Shown here one piece after another: positions 52,423-64,000 of a stretch of 64,000 bases of DNA. Each line of letters opens with the position of its first letter. The stretch's first letter is position 1. Source of the stretch: Protoeuglena noctilucae. Lineage: Eukaryota. The notes beneath the pieces were generated by a model. That model saw nothing but the letters and a program-made list of their open reading frames with translations, was not told the DNA's origin and searched no databases. Position numbers and translations under genes: made by a program. The stretch is taken from assembly GCA_958009085.1 (NCBI GenBank), contig OY253678.1, positions 310,001 through 374,000 of the forward strand, in the 5' to 3' direction.

Positions 52423-53699
52423 TCACATGTGCTTCATCATGGCACCCATGTAGACGACCAGGCTCCACGCCGTCAGCACTGCCGCCGCCAGCAACAGCGT
52501 CGGCCCCGCCCAGGCCGCCAGCGATCCTAGGGCGCCACCTGCGGGACAGGCGAAGATATGATATGGTTGCAATCGTTACAACTATGTCCTGCATTTCCAT
52601 TTCGTGTAAAAGTCCTGAGTTATAACTCACAAGTACATCCGCCCCGCCAATCCCACTCACCGACGTCCATCCGGAGGATGAGCAGGAGCGTCAGGGCCGC
52701 CATTTGCAACGCTGTCTTCCACTTCCCCACCCAGTTGACCGCCACTGCCCCCCGCGCCTGGCTGCCCTGGGTCGCCGCCCACTCTCGCAGAGCTGAGACG
52801 GTGATCTCGCGGGACACGATAGCCAGAGTGGCACTGCGAGGGCAAAGCTCTAGGTCAGCTGGTTGCACACAGGCCCCTGTGCACACCCATGCAAGTTCGC
52901 ATGCACCGTGGCCCAGCCATGCCCCTTAGGCACTGCCGTGCGGCGCATGCAAATAGCTCTGTCATGTGCCGCCCACCTCGGAATAATCCATGCGTTCCCA
53001 GCCAACGGCCCTGCCGCTATTGGGGCCGTGGACAGAAGGATGAGCACGGCGCACACCATGAGCTTGTCTGCCACTGGGTCGAGAAAGGCGCCAAAGGCGC
53101 TCGAGGCGTTGAGCTTGCGCGCCAGGTATCCATCCAGGTAATCGGTCACGGACGCTCCGACAAACACACAGGCGCAAGCGGTGGGTGCCCACTCGGCCGG
53201 GAGGAACTGCGCACAGGAAGCGACCCAGGGGGCGTGCGATGATGGTAAAGGATGATTGCACTTGTTTATTTCAGCAGGCATGCACGTCAAGCGCAGCAGA
53301 GCGCTGCACGCTGCATGCCGGCCCTGCGCAAGCGCTCCTCACCCAAAACAGGACGATGGCGGGGACAGCTGCCACCCGGCCGAGCGTGAGGATTGTAGGG
53401 AGCGTGAGGACTTTGTCGCTGCCCGCAGAGGAGCCGCTGGGCCCCGCGACGGCCTCGACGTCGTCCAAAGAGGCGTGGGATGGCATGAGACGACGCTGGG
53501 ACGCGGGGCGCCCGTTGGACGGAGACGATGACATGGGAGCTAGTCTACGAGTCGATCGCTGCACCGCACGCGCAGGGCCGGTGGCCAAAGAACGCGGAAC
53601 TAACGCGCCGTGGGCGCGAGGCGCGCTCGCTTCGACAGGCGGCCTCCTCAGGGCAGCCTGCGCTGCTCCTTGCGCATCTATGCCTAGCAGAGTGCGCAT
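52423..53699 (-). CDS. PGP1: CDP-diacylglycerol--glycerol-3-phosphate phosphatidyltransferase (PGP synthase) with transit peptide
   Basis: TLPTILTLGRVAAVP, TDYLDGYLARK...FGAFLDPVADKLMV, REITVSALREWAA, VNWVGKWKTALQM. Confidence 0.93.
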
Positions 53700-54457
53700 C
53701 GGCGGGGCCACGACATGTGTCGGGCCAGCGGGCAGACAGAAGCACAGGGGAAGCTGGCCAGTGCCGATGGGCGGGGGACGCTGGCTGTGCAGGCCACAAA
53801 TGCCGAAAACAAGCAACCTGTTTGCGTGTGAGGCGGGCTCGCCAGGACTCGTGGGAGCTTTTGCCAGCCCCCATAACGCGTCACCTGACACGGCGCTGGA
53901 CCTCAGCAGAGACACCAAACGGTTGGCGATGATTCCATTCCAGGCAATTAGCTTTCCTCAGCAGTCGCATGATAGAAGACCAATCACGCCCAACTTCAGC
54001 CTCAGTGCCCGATACAAGCCCCAATCCGTCTCGGTCGTGAAACGCGCGCTCTGGAGCGCACTCGCCCACGGTGAGTGCCCCAATATGTAGCTAACAAAGC
54101 ATTGCAGCTCCGCTGCACTGATGGGAGCGCGAGACGAGCTCTCGGGGCCAGGCTGCGGGGGGTGCCGATTCACTTTCTCATCGGGTTCTCACCGCCGGTG
54201 CCTTCTCTTAGCCCATCCAACACCATTACGTACTAATCACAAGCAAAAGCAGCTCTTGCGTCGTCCGCAGGAAGCGTTCTCGGCTCAGGGACGGCAAAAC
54301 GAGCCCGTACCCTAACCAGCCCAAGAATGGCCGGTGAGTGTCTTTTAATCGCACTGCAGGTGCATCACAGTGCAAATAGGAAAGCTCACATCCATGTCAG
54401 GACGCTCACGCAGACGGAACGCGCCTCAGCAAGACGTGCCCGGCCGGGGACGTCGTC

Positions 54458-55892
54458 ATGGCTGCGAGCACCCCTGCGGTCCAAACCGGGGGTGGTACCA
54501 TCCGCAAGTCCAAGTGGGGCCGCTCGACCCGCCGTCCGCGCGCCTCCTCGCACGGGTTCCAGAGCGTCAGCGAGGAGGGTAACAAGCCTCCCCAAGAGAC
54601 GAGCTCCGAGCCCGGGGGCCTTGCAGGCACGGTCGCTGGGGGCGTCACCTCCCTCGTCAGCACCCTGCTCGGGGCCGTGGGCGCCGGGACCACACGGAGC
54701 CAGGCGCCCGATGCCTCGGACGTAGCCCTGGACGAGTCAGCGCCGCCGTTGTCGGTGCAGCCCCCGGCATCTCTTCAGGCCTCCACGCGGGGTGCCCCGC
54801 CGCAGAAGAAGAAACCCCTTCCAGCCCAGGTGCGTGCCCATGGTAAACAACACGACCTGGACAGTCCATGTTGTACCTGCGCCCCGTCCAGGAGTCAGTT
54901 TGACACCCGTACCCGCGCCCGCCATTGACGACCCAACCCACCGTATGCCTGCGCCGGTTTGCCCTCAGGAGGTCAGCCAGCAGCCCGTCCACCACCACGC
55001 CCTTCTCCCGCGTGCTGTGGAGAGCCGGGACGTCTTAGTCCCGACGGTCGCCAGAGAGCCCAAAGTACCGGTCCAGCATCAAGGCAACCCAGCCAGGACG
55101 GCCCAGGCCCAGCCCATGCAGGGGCCGACAGAGGACCTTCCGAGCAGGGACCTGGCACCCGCACCCGCCCAGCCCTCCGTTGGGCGGCTGCTTGCCAAGT
55201 ACGCCGCCCGGGGCTCGCTCGCGGCCCTCCGTGGAGCAGGGAAGGCAGCACGGCTGGCGGCGCGGCTCACGGCAGCCGCGGCTCGGCACGGCGCCGCCGC
55301 CGCGCGTCGGGGATACGCTGCGGCTGCAGCCGCACACGCCGCCCGCAAGGCGGCTCGCGAGGCGGCCAAAGCCCAAGGCCAGGCCCCGGCCAGGAGCCCA
55401 GCCCCTGCCCCCGGCCGTCCCGTGACATACGCCAACCCCGTGCCGCCGCCGGCGTTGAGTCCCTACGCCTTCAAGACCGCCCGGGCCGCCCAGCAGGACG
55501 CCGCGAGTTCCCTCGACGTGGACGACGCGGGGGCAAGCTTCGAGTCGGCGCGCAGCTGGGCAGCGGAGCAAACCTTGTCGTTCCGGAAGAGCCCCGTGTG
55601 CTCCAAAGCCAAGTCCTTCGTCGGGGTTCACATCGTGCCGGTGCGCTCCCACAGCCCTGACCGCGAGCCTGCGAGGGGTACGGGCCTGGTGCAGGCCTGT
55701 CTGGGCCAGGTCGCGAGGTGCGTGCGGCCGGCGGACCGGTCACTCGGGAAGTCGTGGGCGCCCCAGCCGGATGCGGACGGCAGTCGCTTTGCGCAGGCGC
55801 AGCACGATGCATACCGTGCTGCAGCGCCTTCGCGCGCCTATTCGAGAAACCGCGGAATGGGGCCCTCCACTCGGGCAATACCCGTGCAGTGA
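54458..55892 (+). CDS. Hypothetical low-complexity Ala/Pro-rich protein, at least 2 exons
   Basis: ORF 54458-54828 joins in phase (CAG|GTGCGT...CAG) to the long ORF ending 55892; no family recognised. Confidence 0.5.
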
Positions 55893-56095
55893 GCCTTTCC
55901 CACGGTATCGCGCTATTCACGGTGTGCAAGCACGTGCTGGGGCTGTTGCTGGCGCTCAATTCACCCATGTGACCTGTGGCGGCGTTGATCTAGGAATGCC
56001 TGTGAAGCTACGGCTCTGCGACGGCAACGAGGGGACTACTCGGCTGCCCTGGCACCTGCTCACCGGCTGCGCAAACGACGCTCACGAGAGGCGCG

Positions 56096-56945
56096 CTAGG
56101 GTTCTGTGCAAAGGGCATCTGGGAGGGAAGCAGACAGGCAGGAGGAGTGCACGTCCGCGCAATAGAAGAAGAGATCGCGAGCGTCTGCGTCGGGGGTGAG
56201 GCTGCCGTGCCGCAAGTCCCCAGGCAGCTTGCCCACCCGCAGTGCACCGTCGGCCGGGGGCAGGGGCAGCTCCCACTGCGCCGTAACCACCATCAGCCCC
56301 GGGCGCTTCCGCATGGCCTGCGCGAGGGCGGGAGCCATCTTGCGCATGGCCGCTGGCAACATGAATAAAAACACGACGTCGACGCCCGCGTGCCACTCTG
56401 GGGTCTCCAGTAACGCGAGGATGTCAATGCAGACGAAGGTGGCTCGCGATCCCACTCCGGCCGCAGCAGCCGCGTCCCGGCCCTCCTGCGGACCACCTCA
56501 GGGGACGCAGGCAAGCGTCCGCAAACTGTGGCACTTGTAATTATAGCAGAAACTAGGTCCTCAAGCAGCCTGCGCACCTGCAGTAGCGTCTCGTCCAAAT
56601 CGTACCCGAGAGCTCTGCAGCCCGTTGCGAGGCAGAGGGGCACCAGGACTGCCCCGTTCCCGCAACCGAGGTCGACGACCAGGTTTTCGGGCCTGCAGGC
56701 GTGGGTGGGCGCGCGTGCGTTTAGCTGGCCGCAGTGAAAGCGGTCTGCGTGCGAAGGACAGCCACTCACCCCAGGCTGAGCGACCGTAGCAAATGCTGGA
56801 CCGTGCCGGCGGTGCTGGCGAGGAATGGGGCGACGAAGCCTCTCGCCCAGTCGTAGCTGAACATCGCAGTCGCGTCCTCCTGAAAGAACTCGAAGTAGTT
56901 TAGGATCCGCGCCCCCAGACGATCCGCCTCCCCCTCGTTTTCCAT
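56096..56945 (-). CDS. Class I SAM-dependent methyltransferase, FAM173 (ATPSCKMT/ANTKMT)-like, 3 exons
   Basis: APFLAST..TVQHLL, VVDLGCGNGAVL, ALGYDLD, VVFLFMLP, VVTAQWELP. Confidence 0.78.
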
Positions 56946-56961
56946 TCGTTCGTCGAAGCGC

Positions 56962-57093
56962 TCAGCGTCGAAGGTATTCAAGCCACTTCTCCGCTTGACG
57001 CTTCGCCCAACGCCTAGATACCCATCCCACGGCGATGCCGGCGAGGAAGGAGGCGAGGACGAGCTTCACAGCGGTCTGATTGGCGACGGCCAT
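56962..57093 (-). CDS. 43-aa single-TM micropeptide, mitoregulin-like
   Basis: MAVANQTAVKLVLASFLAGIAVGWVSRRWAKRQAEKWLEYLRR*; hydrophobic helix then basic amphipathic tail; C/G-ending codons in the TM part; gccgcgATGG start context. Confidence 0.65.
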   Translation of the reverse strand: MAVANQTAVKLVLASFLAGIAVGWVSRRWAKRQAEKWLEYLRR

Positions 57094-57379
57094 CGCGGCG
57101 GCACGCCGAGCACGATGGGACGGGGCGGATCGAGCCTCTCGCCACGCAGAGGTTCTTGAGCGACGTAACCTTCTCAATACCAGACACCAGTCGCTGTTCA
57201 AACAAATAAGAGCGCCGGGCCGCAGCAGCACAGGCAATGAAACGTCAGTCATGACAGGGGCAGCCATTGCGTTGCCAGGGAATGTTGTGCGAGTGGATCA
57301 GTGGAAGTGGGCCACAGCGAGCCAGCGAGCTGCCGCTGGACGGCGCTCCCACGGCTGGCTGATGCGGCGGCGGCCTGGT

Positions 57380-60300
57380 CTAAGACGAGTCCCTCAGCCG
57401 TGCCAGCATCTGGTTGTACTGCGCATCCAGATCCGTCTCTCCCAGCTTCGGAAGCCCCTCGACCATGCCCAGGTCCACGAGGACGCGGTGCGCGCAGCCG
57501 AAGCCCGAGAACACCACCGCGTTCTGCAAGGCACAGGCAGGCAAAGGCAGCTATGGATCTCACATCACTGCCACGGAGCCCACACGTACAGCCGGAGCTT
57601 GTTCACGGCCGTCGCGAGGCAGTGCGGCCATACGCCCTCACCACTCCCTGCCCGGGGAACGTGCTGTCGCCCACGCAGTAGAGGCCCTGGACGCTGGTGC
57701 GGTTGAAAGGCATCGAGAGCATCCCGAGGGGCCGGCGCGAGGGGATGGGCCCGTAGGTGCCGTCGGAGCGATTGAGGAACTGCAAGCAGGGGGCGGGCGA
57801 GCACGGCGTGTCGACATGAGAAGCAATGGCTGGGAACGATGACCGATGCCAGACATGCAGCGATGCACAAAGAGTGTTGGAGATGAAGCGAGGTCCATTG
57901 CGTCTTGCTGAGCAACGATGGCCCATATTGAGGCCGCCGGTCCCACCTTGCGGTGCGTGCGGGGCGTCCCGACCTCCACAAAGTCGATCTTGCCGCGGAT
58001 GTCGGGGAAAATCGCGGCAAGGCGATCGATGAGCTCTTGCGACACGCGGTCCTTCTGGCGCTGGTACTCCTCCGCGGAAAGGGTCGACCTGGAAGGGCAC
58101 TCGATGGTGGAGCGTGGTCGACATCGCACCACCTCTGCACCTGGCCTGTGCAAGGGTGGGGGTCAGACCGGGCTCGACAAAACATCAACGGACATATCTC
58201 ACCAGTTATCGATCCAGTCGGGCGTGAAGGCGTGGACCAGGTGCTTCCCGGGCGGCGCGACGGAGGGGTCGAGCGTGGATGGGATGGACAGGAAGACGGT
58301 GCCCCGCGAGTCATACATCTTGGACCAGTCTTCGAGGAGGATGTGGTGGCAATGCGTGCCCTCAGGAAGCGCGTCCGCCTCGACGCCCATGTGCACCGTC
58401 AGGAAAGACGGGGCCTGCGGGCAAGGGGGTGTGGTGAAAGGTTAGGTTAGGTCAGTTCGGTCACCCTGCTTGTGCTGGGTACGACAGCGTGAAATGCAAA
58501 ACCGTAATGTGATCATCACATCACAGCGGTGGTCTGTGGAAGAGACAGGCAGGGCACGTCGCAGCGCTGGCCGCATTCGCAAATGCGGCCGTCCCTCGCT
58601 CGCCTTGGTGTAGCGCTGGCGGAAGAGTTTCTCCGATTCGGGCATCTTCTCCTCGCCGAGCATCCCCTCGAAGGTGTCCCACCGGGTGGCGTTGGACACC
58701 ACAGCACGGGCCCGGTACTCCCGGCCGTCCACCAGACGCACCCCCACGGCCCGCATCGACTCCCCCTCTCCCTGCGCGCCAGCCACGCAAGACCGATGCG
58801 TTCGTAAAGCTCTCTCAGCTCGCCAGGGACACATTCCACTGAAAAGTTGGTCATGTGTTCTCCACCTCCCTTCCATCTCCCCTCAGAGAGTGTGAGGCAG
58901 CCCTTGCCGCTGTGACGTAGGCCTCGTGCACTGTTAACCATGCTAGGCACTCCTCCTTACCTCAGTGATGATCTCCTTCACGTTGGCTTTGAACTCGATG
59001 CGACCCCCGCGCTCCGTGATGCCGTCCGCCATGGCGCGAGGGATACGGCCCACACCGCCCCGCGGGTAGTTGATGCCGCCGTAGTGACGGTCGCAGAACA
59101 CCATGCCTGCGCGTGTAGAGGGCGCCAGTTTGCCACTCTGTCGCTGCGAGTGAAGGCAGTGAGCCAAGCGCGTGTCGCGTGCGCCGCCCTCCTCGCGCCT
59201 CGTCTCACCGGCGTTGATGAAGGGCGTCTTGCAGGCATCCACGGTGCTCCACGCGTAGCACTCCATGTCGATGAAACGCAGGAGCTCCTCGTCCTTGATC
59301 CACTTGCGCGCCAGGTCCCCGGAGTTGACTGCCACGTACCACGCCAGGTTGAGGCTGCGGGCAGGGAGGCAGGGAGGCACAGAAAGTGGTTGGCCCTGTG
59401 CTCCGTCCGCAGCCATCTCACAGCGGCGATTGGCATGCGTCTACGACTCCTCATTTTGCCAGCGCAACACCCCTCACGTCACGTCTCTCGCGCTCACGAG
59501 TAGCGTCGGTCAGCCCATCAGTGAGCCACTCACCAGTGGAAAGGCTCCTTGACAAACTGCTCCAGGAGATAGCGTGGCTCCTCGAGAGACTTGAGCTCAA
59601 TCGCGTTCAGCGCATCAAACACCTCCCAGCACGCGTTGTAGAAACGACGGATGCCCGGCGCCTCGTGGGGCCACTGCAGATGAGCCAAGGGTGCAGTTGG
59701 TGGTACAGCTGGTGAGTCGAGAGCACATTCGGTGACTCCTTGAAAGACCATCCAAGCAGGGCCACAGCCACCCTATCTAAGTACATCGTGCTCACCTTGG
59801 AGCAAAGCTTCGCCAGGTACTCCGTGTAATTGCGTGTAACCTTAATGTCCAGGCCCCCGGGCCTGCGAGAGCGTCGGACATGGTGTCTGGGATGTGCACA
59901 CCCCTCTGTTGTTGCGAGCACCTGACAGGAGTGGCAGGCAGTCCTGCCCGACTCACCGCGCGCCGCCGTTGTCCGGAAGGTGGTAGTGGATCTGCACGGG
60001 ATCGTGGATCGTCTCCAGCTTCTTGCCCACCGCAGCCAGCGCACGCGTGAGGAGGTTGGTGCTGCCGTCTTGGTCCCCAAAGCCAAACATCATCGAAGAC
60101 CCCACGTCAAACGTGTACCCCTCCCGCTCGTACCAGCCCGCAGAGCCACCCGGGATGACGTACTGCGGCCTCCAAGAAGACCGATGGGTGAGTGTGGGAC
60201 TGGGCGAGGTGAGCGTTTCATGTCTCCTATGCACTTTGCTGCAGTGCTCTCTGACTCGCCTTCTCCAGGACTAGGACCTTGGCCCCCTGCGACACCATTT

Positions 60301-60793
60301 GCGCAGCAGTAGCGAGGCCGCCCATCCCGGACCCGACGATGATGGCGTCATACGTCACATCTGCGGGAAGGGGACGGATTTGGAGTGCTCCGCTACGGGC
60401 GAGGCGCCTCCTGCTGGTTCGGTGAACAGGCACTGTGGCACACCCGCCTGTCGGCGCCACCGTTCGCTTCTCAGCCACAGTCGCTACCGCTCGGGGCAAC
60501 CTCGCGCTGCGCCGCTCGACCGCGAGCGCGGGCCTGGTCGCGACGCGCACCCGTGGCCCTGCGAGCGCGCCGGCACTGCGAGAAGGGCAGAAGATGTGGA
60601 CGCAACGACATCTTCGAGAAGCAAAGGGTGCGCGGATGACTCCCACACGGCAAGATGTGAGCCCCGCCCGCGATGGTTCGCAGCCACGCCCTCGCAAGCG
60701 AAGCGGGCGTCTCTGGCTGCCATGCGCAGAGCCTCCAGAGCTGCAGGTGACATTCGCGGCGGCATTTCCAGTGTGCCCGTCGCAGTCCATCAT
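57380..60793 (-). CDS. CRTISO: Prolycopene (carotenoid) isomerase, about 13 exons; start codon uncertain
   Basis: [96 protein letters not shown]. Confidence 0.96.
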
Positions 60794-61226
60794 CAGAAGC
60801 CTGGCCGCCGCGCACGGGACAGTGGGTGCACCGTGTCGGCTGAATCCGTCCGCAGGAGCCCGAGCACCCCATTTGCCGGCGCGATGCCGGGCACCGTAAT
60901 TTGGGTAGCTAATACGAGGTCAATGAATGCGAGCAGGGCCCGGCATCACCTCTGCCGGCCTCGCTGGCTCAGATCCACTTGGGAGGCGCAGCACGCGACC
61001 GCCGCGCGGCTCATTTACCACCGCCTGTCCAAGAAATAGCAGCGAACGTATTGGCGACGATGCGCGCGCTATATACGTTTGCCTGTGGAAGACCTGGCCG
61101 GGAGAGCGGCACCCGACGAACCACGGCGGGCGCACGGTGGCTACAGTGTATCGTGATAGCTTTACATGCCGCTCGTGGAAGGGATGCGGGGTGACGGATG
61201 CCAGTGGGTGGCCCACTGGCGTCAGA

Positions 61227-63079
61227 CTAGGCCGCGTTCAGCACGTCTGTGAACAATCGCGCGCTGTCGGCGTCCAGGGGGAGAAGAAACTCGCTACTGG
61301 CCAGCGCGGAGCTATCGAACACGGCAGGGTCCAAGACCTTCGCGGGTTCTACTTGTTGAGCCGCTTGGGCGGGGAGCAGCAGCGGCGAGGCCCCGCGCCC
61401 CAAGCCCCAGTGCCGGTTGGCGTGGGCACGCGTCGGCTGCAGCGCGTACTCGAGGAATATGGGCAGCACGGGCGAGGGGCCGTCCAGCAGGTCACCGCCG
61501 TCCGCCCACGCCGGGACGCACCACAGGTCGGCCCAGAGGGATGACCCGGACGCAGGCACAATGACCTCCACGTCTGCACAGGGCGCATGGACTGCCGTCA
61601 ATCCGCGCCACGGCCTCACAGCGCGCGGGCGCCGGCGTTGGAACTCACCGGACATGCCCTGCGCCACACGAACCACATCGCTCGTCCACCCGACCAGCAC
61701 CGCCGCATCCCTGGACGTGAACGCCCGCAGGAAGTCGTCCTTCCCGGCCACCATAATTTGGCTTTTGAGTCCACGCAGGACCCCGCGCAGCTTGTCCATC
61801 CCCCCCGGCGCCTTCGCCACCTGAGCTGCCGTGGCGTTGCCACTGCGGGCGCCACATGCTGCCACGCTGTCACCGGACTCGCCCGCGCACGCCCATGGCA
61901 CCTGGCTGGTTGCCGAGCCTGACCTGTGACCGCATATGCGCAGCGCGATCGCCAGAAGCTCTCTCCCTGAATTCGCAAATGCCACCTTGCCGCGTAGCTT
62001 CGGGTGCAAGAGGTCCTTCCAGTCCCTTGGCTGCTCCACCCCTATCTTCCTCAGCTGCGTCCGGTTGAACGCCAGCGCCACGCAGCCCCACCGGTAGGGT
62101 GCCCCGTACACCTGGCCCTGCACACGTGGCGAGCGTTGCGCGGGGTGCAGCTCTGAGTGGCGCTTGCTGGCCACGGTCGCATGACAGGGAAGGCGTCAGG
62201 CGTGCACCTTAGGGTCCGGGTATCCGTTGGCGTCGCGCTGCACCAGGGCATGCCAGCGGGGGCCCAGCGCACGCCACCACCGACACCTCTGGGCATCCGG
62301 GATGGGACGCACCAGGCCACCCCGGATGGCCGGGCCCAGCCAGGCGTCGCCCAGCGTCACAGCGTCCGCCTGCCCAGGTCCTCGCTCCTTGGATGGGACC
62401 CTGCGACGCCAGGCAGGGCGAGGCGGGTGTCTTCAGACGGCGATGGGGCGCGACCTGATCCCATCCAACGGCGCGACCGCGTGGGAGTACAGACGCTCAC
62501 CCTCGCCGGCGCTCTCCCTTCGCCGCGCGCTTCGCCTCCGCGCTCAGCCCGTCGTAACTGTTCTGGAGGGAGTCGCGCTGCGTCATGCCCACGCGGACCC
62601 GCGGGCCCAGCAGCAGCTTCATGTCCGTCTCCCAGTGCAGCGGCATGGAACCCTTGAGACTCACGACCTTGAGATCGAGCGGGGCGTCGAAAACCTGCGG
62701 CGCAACCTTCGGAGCTCTCTCCCGTCATGCACGCGACTCGCGCTGGCGTGCAGGTCGCCGCGCAGAGGCCGCCAAAGCCCCCCACGGCGTGCCACGCACC
62801 TCTTCTTTACGACCATCCAGGAACTTGACCGTGCGGGTCTTAATCCCGAGGCTGGTGGCGAGGCTGTCCGATGAAGCCGCTCGCAGTCGCCAGCCATGGC
62901 TTCCCCAGCGCGCGCACCTCTGTATCCTTGGCTGGCACGACGCGAGCTGCGATTGATGGGCAAAGTAGCTAATTCCTCCTTCAGGCGATCATATCTCTGC
63001 TCAGAGGCTCCAGGGCAGCTGAGCACGAAGCAAGCTGCACATTCCAGTCACCGGGCACGCCCCCGCCTGCCACGACATC
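61227..63079 (-). CDS. Plastid PotD-like spermidine/putrescine-binding protein homolog (ENF2-like); 5' end uncertain
   Basis: LKVVSLKGSMPLHW, VYGAPYRWGC, DWKDLLHPKLRGKVAF, VLVGWTSDV, PASGSSLWADLWCVP, GPSPVLP. Confidence 0.85.
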
Positions 63080-63650
63080 AGAGGCACTGCGTCCTAGCAA
63101 CGTCCCCTCGTGCAGTCGTCGGCAATGCCGAGCACGATGTAAATAAGATTTGTGCAGGTGAGGGGAACCTCGCCCCAAGTTGTATCGGATGCTGGGGGCG
63201 TAGTGACGAACTAAAACGCCTCCTAAACGCTCATCACTCCCCGGCAAGCGATGTTCGATCGTTCATTCAAATCGTCAAGTCCGGGTGTCAGCGAGGGCAC
63301 CACCAGACTGGCTGCTGGGGAAAGGGATAGGATGCGTCGGCGTCCCGCAAAAAATCACCGCCAGAAGAAGCGCCAGGGGGCCGGAAAATGTGCTCGAGGG
63401 AAGTCGCAACGAGCACGCGGGGCCAAAAACGGCGCTCAGTCCGAAGGTGCAGGGACGCGATGGCCCATGTGCAGGCTAGGGAGCATACTGCTGCATCTGT
63501 GGTAGGGTAGCGTAGCTGGGAGATTGAGATTGTAGATGATCCTGGTGTGGCGAGGCCGCGCGTTCGGCAGTACGGTCAGTGGGCAGTGGTGGTGCAGGAG
63601 AGGGAAACTCGCCCGCGAACGTGCTTGGCGGGGCGGCGCCTCCGTGAGGC

Positions 63651-64000
63651 TCAAAACGAGGGCAGGACGGCGTCGGTGCCGTGCCCGGAGACCGCGGCGG
63701 CTGCCGCGGCGCGGGCGATGGAGACGGACGACGTCGGGGGTGCCGCGCCGCGACGGTAGCCGCCCCTCCCGCGGCCCCGGCCAGGCTTGACCAGGCACCA
63801 CTCCGGGATGGGCTCGCCGCGGGCCTGGGCCTCCGCAATCGCCTCCGCCTTCATCTGCTCCACCTCCTCCTGCGCGCAGAGGGGCCCATTGTCAGGTTGG
63901 TCATCCCGCAACAGACCAAGGCGCGCAAGCTGGCGGTGCGCGCGCCAGCATTGTAGCAGAGGGCGCCCGGGTCCGCGCGGCGCCGCACCTTGGTAGCGAA
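63651..64000 (-). CDS. 3' end of an unidentified gene running off the right edge
   Basis: FATK|EEVEQMKAEAIAEAQARGEPIPEWCLVKPGRGRGRGG...VLPSF*; canonical GT-AG intron, RG-rich stretch. Confidence 0.6.
   Translation of the reverse strand, partial: RYQGAAPRGPGRPLLQCWRAHRQLARLGLLRDDQPDNGPLCAQEEVEQMKAEAIAEAQARGEPIPEWCLVKPGRGRGRGGYRRGAAPPTSSVSIARAAAAAAVSGHGTDAVLPSF

Noticed and set aside
58440..58452. GGTTAGGTTAGG telomere-like motif
   Set aside because: Only two units inside a CRTISO intron; not distinguishable from chance
61227..63079. Bacterial-type periplasmic binding protein as a recent horizontal transfer
   Set aside because: Matches the known plant/algal plastid ENF2-like family, has introns and host-like composition
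63075..63240. Possible box C/D snoRNA (GTGATGA ... CTGA on the minus strand)
   Set aside because: Boxes about 155 nt apart, with no terminal stem or recognisable rRNA guide

Overview
Gene-dense, very GC-rich nuclear DNA from an intron-containing, probably flagellated green alga (inferred from plastid transit peptides, CRTISO, PGP synthase, BLD10/CEP135, TMEM107 and TGTAA-type poly(A) motifs). The six-frame ORF track fragments about 25 spliced genes, which I rebuilt by hand from splice phases; 5' ends are the least certain part. Recognisable products: BLD10/CEP135, PP2C, GST, ANP32, Tubby-like protein, CCT, OPR/RAP protein, sterol C5-desaturase, RPL23A, TMEM107, CNMT/CFA-like methyltransferase, glutathione reductase, PGP synthase, FAM173-like methyltransferase, CRTISO and an ENF2/PotD-like protein. 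Most notable: (1) a 43-aa mitoregulin-like micropeptide ORF ending 16 nt before the FAM173-like methyltransferase ATG, a likely bicistronic locus; (2) a ~2.9 kb AT-rich island carrying a spliced EEP-fold nuclease/phosphatase fused to an unrecognised C-terminal region; (3) unusually many GC-AG introns. No rRNA, tRNA, CRISPR array or complete transposon was recognised. Family assignments come from recalled motifs, not database searches.
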